Program-made: the position numbers and the translations under genes
Notes under the pieces: generated by a model
What the model saw: the letters and a program-made list of their open reading frames with translations, nothing else
Told to the model about the DNA's origin: nothing
Database searches by the model: none
Assembly (NCBI GenBank): GCA_963693365.1
Contig: CAVNZM010000007.1
Span: 791,979-855,978, forward strand
Length of the DNA stretch: 64,000 bases
Direction of reading: 5' to 3'
Origin: Amoebidium appalachense
Taxonomy: Eukaryota; Protista; Ichthyosporea
Shown: positions 56,712 through 64,000 of the stretch, in pieces
How positions within the stretch are numbered: the stretch's first letter is position 1
How the letters are laid out: every line of letters begins with the position of its first letter

Positions 56712-56940
56712 ACTCCAACACTCATACATACTTTTACTCCAACACTCATACTTTTATTACTTTTTAATTACAACACTCATACTTTTTATTACTTGTTACA
56801 ACACCCATACTTTTGATACTTGGCACAACACTAATACGTTTATTACTTGTCACAACACTCATACCTTTCAAAGTTGTTACAATGCTAATACTTTATTACT
56901 TGTTACAACGCTCATGCTTTTTTTTACATGTTGCACACTG
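56712..56940. repeat. Degenerate ~25-30-bp AT-rich minisatellite (ACAACACTCATACTTTTATTACTTG)
   Basis: About 8 diverged tandem units visible. Confidence 0.8.
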
Positions 56941-57244
56941 TAGGTTTTGGCCATGTTGTCTTGCTTGCACTTGCACACACAAAGTCTTAGAGAACATGTG
57001 TGTATTCTCTGAACACCCATAATGATTCCCCTGTGCTCGTGATTTGATGCACATGCGCACCAACGTCTTGAAGCAGCTTTTATGTATGGCGCTTTCTATC
57101 TATCTCTCCCGCATTTTCTCTCTCTCTCGCACTCTGTGTCATTCACTCACTCGGACAAACATGCACACACTCTCTCTTTCTCTTTCTCTCCACACACAAA
57201 CACATACACACACACACACACACACGCACACACACACACACACA

Positions 57245-57281
<37 letters not shown>

Positions 57282-57361
57282 GCTCTCTCTCCCCCTCCCC
57301 CCCAACCCCTCCCCCCTCCCCCCTCCCCCCTCCCCCTCCCCCCCCCCCCCCCCCCCCCCCC

Positions 57362-57537
57362 CTCTCATTCAACCCTCCTTCCCCTTCCCCCCCCCCCCCC
57401 CCCCCCCTCGGGGACCGACCTCCGGGGTAACCCTCCCTCCCCCCCACTCTTATTCCCTCTCGCGCTCCCTTAATCTCCCTCTACCTTCCACAGTACCACT
57501 CGAACTCATGAACACATCATCCTCACCCCCATCCCCG

Positions 57538-57572
<35 letters not shown>

Positions 57573-57770
57573 TCATTCAACCCCTCCTTCCCTTCCCCCC
57601 CCCCCCCCCCTCCCCCCCTCGGGGACCGACCTCCGGGGTAACCCTCCCTCCCCCCCACTCTTATTCCCTCTCGCGCTCCCTTAATCTCCCTCTACCTTCC
57701 ACAGTACCACTCGAACTCATGAACACATCATCCTCACCCCCATCGCCCCCCCCCCCCCCCCCCCCCCCCC
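57362..57770. repeat. Tandem duplication of a ~210-bp unit bounded by C homopolymers
   Basis: TCTCATTCAACCCCTCC...GGGGACCGACCTCCGGGGTAACC...CTCACCCCCATC at about 57363 and 57571. Confidence 0.9.
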
Positions 57771-58183
57771 CCTTTATTCGCGGATGCATATCTATCAATA
57801 AGTGTGACCTGTTAGCTAATGTGGTAGAACCGGAGGTTATGGGCGGCTTTATTCTCTTTTCTACTTCTCTCCCCCAGTATATCCGTTATAAAATGACCGT
57901 GTTAGATCACCTTATTAATGCTGCACAGTATGATATTGTGATACGGTGTTTTAACTTTCTCTCGGAGCTACCAATGCTAGCTTCTGCTTAATGGCATGAT
58001 CTATACTAGGGTTGTTTTTATTGCATACAGTGTACATAAGTCACTAGCTGTATTTAATTGGCTGCGCTGGAAAATGCAGCAGGCCGTCAAGTGAGGCTGG
58101 GCCCCTGCCGATGTCCGCAGCAATACAAAGTGCATAAACCCCCTAGTTGATCCAATCTCAGTAAGTCATGTTACCCGTTTGTA

Positions 58184-58229
<46 letters not shown>

Positions 58230-58565
58230 AAAAAAAAAAGATATAAGGAAATGAAATAAACTTAAAATAATACGATGACAAAAGCCTCGGCACCGCGAAG
58301 CTCTAATAAAGTAAGTACACGAATAGTTGATCCCAACTTGGTTTACACGGTTTATATTAAATTTTTGGAAGACGGTGGGAGCACAGCCCCTCGTGAGTGT
58401 GCTTGTGTGGCTAACTGTGTTTTCCAGCACGGCCATACGCTAGACGAGGGCTCACCGCATGAGCAGGCGCCCGAAGCTATACGCACACCGGATTTAGAGG
58501 ATACTATTACACCCGTGTCACTTGGGTGGAAGTCTAGATAAGAACGACAAAGCTAAAATCAAAGT

Positions 58566-60533
58566 TTGCCGAATTTCAAGGTTCTTTCTCCCGTGCTTCC
58601 GCCCCGCAATCGTGCAGAGTTCCCCACGCCCCCGCCTTTTGCTGTCCTTCTTAGTGATTTTTTTTCGGCTTTTTTCGAACTCGGGTTTATTCCAAATTCG
58701 TGGCTTGACACAATCGTTACGCCCGTTCGTAAGAAGGTATCGCAGGGGGTCATTAACGACTTTCGTCCCGTCACACTTACCAACGTTTTTGGTCGGCTCT
58801 TCGAGGGTTGCATGCTTCGCGCGTTTAACACCGACAATTCTTTAAAAGCCGTGTTCCGTCTTTCTTCCCTTCAATGGGGCTTTCGTCATGCCTATTCGTG
58901 TTATACCCACAGCCTGTTACTCCATGAATCCATTACTTCTGGCTCTCCGCACGTTGTCTTCGTCGACCTTAAGAACGCCTACGACACCGTACCCATTGGT
59001 TTGTTATGGCATAAGCTGGCTATGCGGGGCTTACCAGCCCCCTTTGGCCGTCTTCTGCAAGCCCTGTTCGATACCACTCGCGGACGAGCGGCGGTCAATG
59101 GAACATTAACGCCCGGTTTTTCTCGTTCTCGGGGTCTTCTGCAGGGGTCCCTCCTGAGTCCGTTGTTGTTTGGCGTTTTCATCGACGATTTAGCCTGCGC
59201 CCTCGAACCTCTTGGCCAACTGCATACCCGCCGTGTACCGGGTCTCCTTTTTGCGGACGATATTGTTCTTTGTTCCTTAACTGAAGACGTGATGCACCAG
59301 ATGCTTCGTCAGGTGGATCAATGGTGCGCCGAGAATCTCATGACAGTCGGAATTGCAAAGTGTGCTACTTTTTCGAAAAACGCTTCCTTTCGATTGGCCC
59401 GTCTTCCTATTCCTGTTCAGAGCACCTATGACTATTTGCACGGGGTATTGATTCCGCAAGCTCCTCACGGCACGAATCGCCCGTGCGAAGGGTAAGCTTC
59501 ACATCGTGTCAAATATGTTTCAACGGGAGTCTGTGATCCATCCTGCGAACCTTCTTCTCTAGTATAAAACTTTTTTACGGCCGACTTTCGCATATGGACT
59601 TCCGCTATTGGCCTGCGCCCCACCTCGCGAGGCGACCGTGGCGCTGGAAGAGTTCGACGATTTTCAGGGTACTGCGCTGCGCACTTTGTTTCGTACTCGG
59701 TTTGTGCCTCCCTTAATCAGTATGTTTGGATTGCCGTCTGCTGTTTGTCGTATGGAGGAATTGTCTCTTCGTCTTTGTTTTCATTTAGTTAGGATACCTG
59801 ATGGTCACCCTCTTTATGCTTTCTTTCCCTCCCCCCTCCCTCCATCCCTCTTCCTCCCCGATTCACCAACGCCACTTCTGAATGTCCTCAGCCTACCCTC
59901 TTTCAACCTGATTCTTCCTCTCGCTATCTCATTCCCTCTTTCTTTTCTCTTCCTGTTTTTTCTGCCTTTTCGAGTTATTACCTTACGCAGTATAATTTTC
60001 TTTCTCGTTCTGATAGAGAAATCAAAGGTAAAACTCAGTCGGCATGTGTTATGTTCCTCAGACAACACCGTACTGATCATTATCGCTTTTTGGGAGCTTT
60101 GGCAGGATACATTTCTCCTGCTGTACGTATGGATACCACCCTAGTAGATAAGTCTGTATGGTGCTCTGATGTTGATATTGCCTGGGAAGTTGTGCAGTGG
60201 CGCTGTAATTCTTGTTTTCATCGCCGCTGGTGCCACTTTTGTGCTGAACTTTTTATTCGAAAGCATGTTGATAGGTGTGAGTTTTTATGTCGCGTTTTAC
60301 CTCTTTCCCTACGGGTGTCTGCTACACTGGCTGGCAATGTGAACACTTAAGACTTTTTGTTGAATTCTGTTGGTCGTCACATTGAGTATTTATATGATTT
60401 TCACACAGTGTTCAGGTATCTCAGTATGCACTTGTTAATGGATAACTCGTCAAGTTTTTATTGTCTCTCAGTATGCCGTGCATACTTGCATATCTTTCCG
60501 TCGAAATAAATCCAGTCAAAAGAAGAAAAAAAA
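58566..60533 (+). mobile_element. 5'-truncated, degenerate non-LTR retrotransposon (LINE): RT domain, C-terminal CCHC-like motif, A-rich tail
   Basis: RT motifs FRPVTLTNVFGRLFE, QWGFR, FVDLKNAYDTVP, GLLQGSLLSPLLFGVFIDDL, LFADD. Downstream YKTFLRP..AYG and CHFC...RKHVDRC. AATAAA near 60506 followed by an A-rich tail. Stops and frameshifts after 59430; no TSD seen. Confidence 0.93.
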
Positions 60534-60778
60534 TTTAGGAGAAAATCTATCGCAGAGAGCCGCTCCAAGTGGGGGGTCTCTGCCGGAAGTGCATCAATGT
60601 ATTACATCGCTACGAAAAGAGGCCAAGGTCTCTGGCGGGAGTACCCCACGGTGAGGAAACCACATCTAACAACACAACCCTTTCTAATGGTGCCAGAGCA
60701 ACGAGAACATTTAGTGGGCCTATATGTATTGATAAGTAACTTCTACGTTGAACGTGTGGACCATGTTACCCGTGTGTA

Positions 60779-60842
<64 letters not shown>

Positions 60843-61139
60843 CTGTGGGCCGGGGGAGAAATCTACTATTTCAGAGGTTATCGTGCCACATGTCTACTGC
60901 AGTACCTTTTTTTTGCACGAAGCCTTATGAAGAAGAAGTAGTTGGGACAGATCGAAAGAGAGGTCGGCCCTCAGGGGAATGCGTGGGAAACGTAATGGGG
61001 GGATGTTGAGAATGTCCTCAGGCACCCTCCGCAGAGTGATGATTCCGAAACATCTTTTGTTTTTTTGCAATCATTGAGAGAGAGACGGTGTGTGTGTGTA
61101 TGTGTGAAGCTGGGAGGTGACGGCCGGGAGGCTGGCGGG

Positions 61140-61171
<32 letters not shown>

Positions 61172-61427
61172 GGGGGGGGGGGGGGGGGGGATGGGGAAGG
61201 GGGGGGGGGGGGAGGGAGGCGCCGGGGGTGGGGAGGGAGGGAGGGGAGGTTGAGGGAGAGGGGGAGGAGAGGGAGGCGGAGGCGGGGAGGAGGCCGCGAA
61301 AGGATGGTGGGGAGGGGATGGGGGGAGGAGGGGGGGAAGAGAACATAGAATTTTTGCAGGAAAGACTGAGCGAGCATTGACCACGTGGTGGTGGTAGTAG
61401 TGTTTGTGTGTGTGTGTGTGTGTGTGT

Positions 61428-61499
<72 letters not shown>

Positions 61500-63168
61500 T
61501 GGGCGGGTTGATGGGTTGGGGGGAGGGGGAAAGGGAATCCGAAAGGGGGCCGGGGGGTCCGCGGAGGGAGGGGGGAGAGGCGGGGAGAGGGGGAGCAAGA
61601 TGGGGGGAGGGACAGAAATCTTGAGAAGAGTGGGTGGGCACCGGTGGTGGTGGCCGTAGGGTGTGTGTAAGTGTGCGTATGTGCGCGCACGCGCGCGCGC
61701 ATGTGTGTGGTTGACAATAATATACATACCCCGTTATTACCCCCCCCCCCCCCCCCCCCCCCCCCTCCCCCCCCCCCCCCCCCCGCCCCCCCCCCCCCCA
61801 AACAACAACAACTATGCACATGCATACGCGCATACGTATACTTACTCGGGAGGGAAATGCGCACGTTACGTATACTCCGGCCGCAACCAGATGCGCCCCC
61901 CCCCCCCCCCCCCCCCCCCCCCCCCTTCCCCCACATACACACACCACCACCACCACCAACTCCCCGCTTTACCTGATTAGGGCAACCTCTTTCTCCGGAC
62001 CTCCCTGCAGTCCACAGCTGGCGGGCCACAATTACAAATAGAACCACGGCACATTTCAAAGACCCTTCTGATTGCAACGTGACATCTCAGAGCCTATCCT
62101 TGGGTCCCTTTCTCGAGTCTTTATAATTCACACGCAACAAACCCCCTGATGGGCAGGCAGGCATGCAGGGGCACACATATGCATGTGCGCACACACGCAG
62201 GCAGGCAGGCACACACGCATACATGCACATTGCATGCACCGTGCCACACAGACACAGTGAGCACACACATGCACATACAGACACACGTGCACACACACAT
62301 CCACACAAGAATCATACGCATGCACACGGTGACACAGACACACACATGCGCAGGCATACACACCAAATTTAGAATCATAGAATATACATCTACACTCGTG
62401 ACATGCCCACACCTGGACAATCATGACGCGGACACGGACACGTACACGTGAAAGTTTTTCTTGGGCACGCATGTGTATGAACACGGTGACGCCTTACACA
62501 CAAATATTGATTATTGCAACACAAACATTAAAACCATGGCGGTGTTATATCTAACCCTGGAGTTATATTTAGACCGGGACCACGCCTGGCCTTTGTATTT
62601 CATCCGACACACAGCTCTTTCATGTGCCTGTTATTCTACCTAATACTTAATGTCTGTGGGTGTTCATTCACTATCCTACTGCGCACTAAAGCATCAAACC
62701 ATTCAATTGCTACATGTATAATATATCAGCATCTAATAATAACGTTAACCTTAGCGGATGTGTGCTTCCAACCAAGAGACGAAAGTATGGGCAGAAATAC
62801 TAACTTACGTGGCACGGACACGTGTACACCTCCCCCTCCCGGAAAAAAAAAAACAAAAAAACTGCACTGAGCTACAATAAGCTGCTGACAGATGACGCGC
62901 GATGTTCAACTTACATAACTGCAAACGAATATATCAAAGCAAATTTTTTTTTTTGTTACATTTCAGTTTGCGTTAATGCAAATGAATATATATGCAAGCA
63001 CAGAGAGTGCCCTATAGAAAAAAGGAAAAAGAAAAGGAAGGAGGGGACAATAATAAAGGCCCCTTCTACACCCACTTTCCACATTATCCCTAACACCACC
63101 CACACACCGTGCTGATAAGCTCCCCCCCCTCCCCCCTCCCCCCCCCCCCCCCCCCCCCCCCCCCTCAA

Positions 63169-63216
<48 letters not shown>

Positions 63217-63226
63217 GCACACACAC

Positions 63227-63553
63227 TCACAGGCGTCTAATCCCCTTCTTCTTATCAACCTTTGCTTTGTCGACCTTTGGTGCTTTCTCTGCCGCCCTCT
63301 TCACCCCCCCATGTCTCTCTTCGTTCTCCTCCGTCCCTCCGTTCTCTTGCCCAACCCCACTAGATGAAGTCTCAACGTTCAATCTCGTGGGGTTTTTTGT
63401 GGGTGATGGTGCTTGTGTGCGGGGTTTTGCGTGAATTTCAGTCATAAGGCGTGCATGACGTGCATATCCATCATAGTCTTCGAGAAGGAGACGACCGGCT
63501 TCATCATTTAGAGCGCTCTCAGGGTTGGGGACGATGAGAAGGCATTTGACGGT
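63227..63553 (-). CDS. UBE2S: Ubiquitin-conjugating enzyme E2 S, 3' coding exon (the gene continues beyond the window)
   Basis: [42 protein letters not shown]...DKKKGIRRL* matches the UBE2S C-terminal E2 core and its basic LRRL-like tail. (CA)nCAG acceptor ends at 63554. Confidence 0.93.
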   Translation of the reverse strand, partial: TVKCLLIVPNPESALNDEAGRLLLEDYDGYARHARLMTEIHAKPRTQAPSPTKNPTRLNVETSSSGVGQENGGTEENEERHGGVKRAAEKAPKVDKAKVDKKKGIRRL

Positions 63554-63561
63554 CTGTGTGT

Positions 63562-63641
<80 letters not shown>

Positions 63642-64000
63642 GTGGGGGGGAAGGGGGAGGGAGTATGCCTGTGTGTGTGTGAATGTGTGTGTGTGTGTGT
63701 GGTGGTTGGAGGGGGGGTGGGGGGGGGGGGGGGGGGGGTGGGGGGAGGGGGGGGGGGGGGGGGAGAGGGGTAGTATGTGTGTGTGAGTGAGCAAGACAAT
63801 GAGTAAATGAGAGAGAATAAGTGTGTGTGTGGATTGTGTGTAGGCGGTGCGCGCACACCCTTGTATGCTAATGGTCGGATGCATGTAGGGCTAAATTAGC
63901 CCTTTTAGCCCTGACGATCTATTATATTTATCAACATGATTGGGCGATATGTCAATCGTCATCTATTTAGATCATACATTTAGCCCTGAATCACCCGCGG

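Overview
Eukaryotic, intron-rich genomic DNA. It is probably from a unicellular opisthokont/holozoan-like protist; this is inferred only from gene content and intron style. Introns are packed with (GT)n/(CA)n, (GA)n and G/C homopolymers, and the consensus shows apparent single-base homopolymer indels, so most short ORFs in the track are low-complexity noise. Spliced genes that can be reconstructed by hand: DPH3 (-), Mog1/RANGRF (+), a syntenin-like tandem-PDZ exon (-), a 5-exon Ser/Arg-rich hypothetical gene (+), a pogo/Tigger-derived DNA-binding protein with no visible DDE domain (-), an Unkempt-type zinc finger + SAM protein (+), an atypical protein kinase with a long uncharacterised tail (+), and a 3' exon of UBE2S (-). 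There is also a disrupted TPR-like/MYND gene. Mobile DNA: a 2.0-kb non-autonomous hAT element with TIRs and an 8-bp TSD; a 3.6-kb internally decayed Ty3/gypsy element (LTRs about 98% identical, tRNA-Arg-like PBS, PPT, mismatched flanks) abutting an older integrase remnant; a 5'-truncated LINE; a second LINE fragment capped by four tandem copies of its own internal 19-mer; and a dispersed family of LINE-like 3' ends lying sense-oriented in introns next to C/CA tracts. The most intriguing signal is a polarised intron architecture (GT/G-rich after donors, CA/C-rich before acceptors) that may be fed by that retroelement family.
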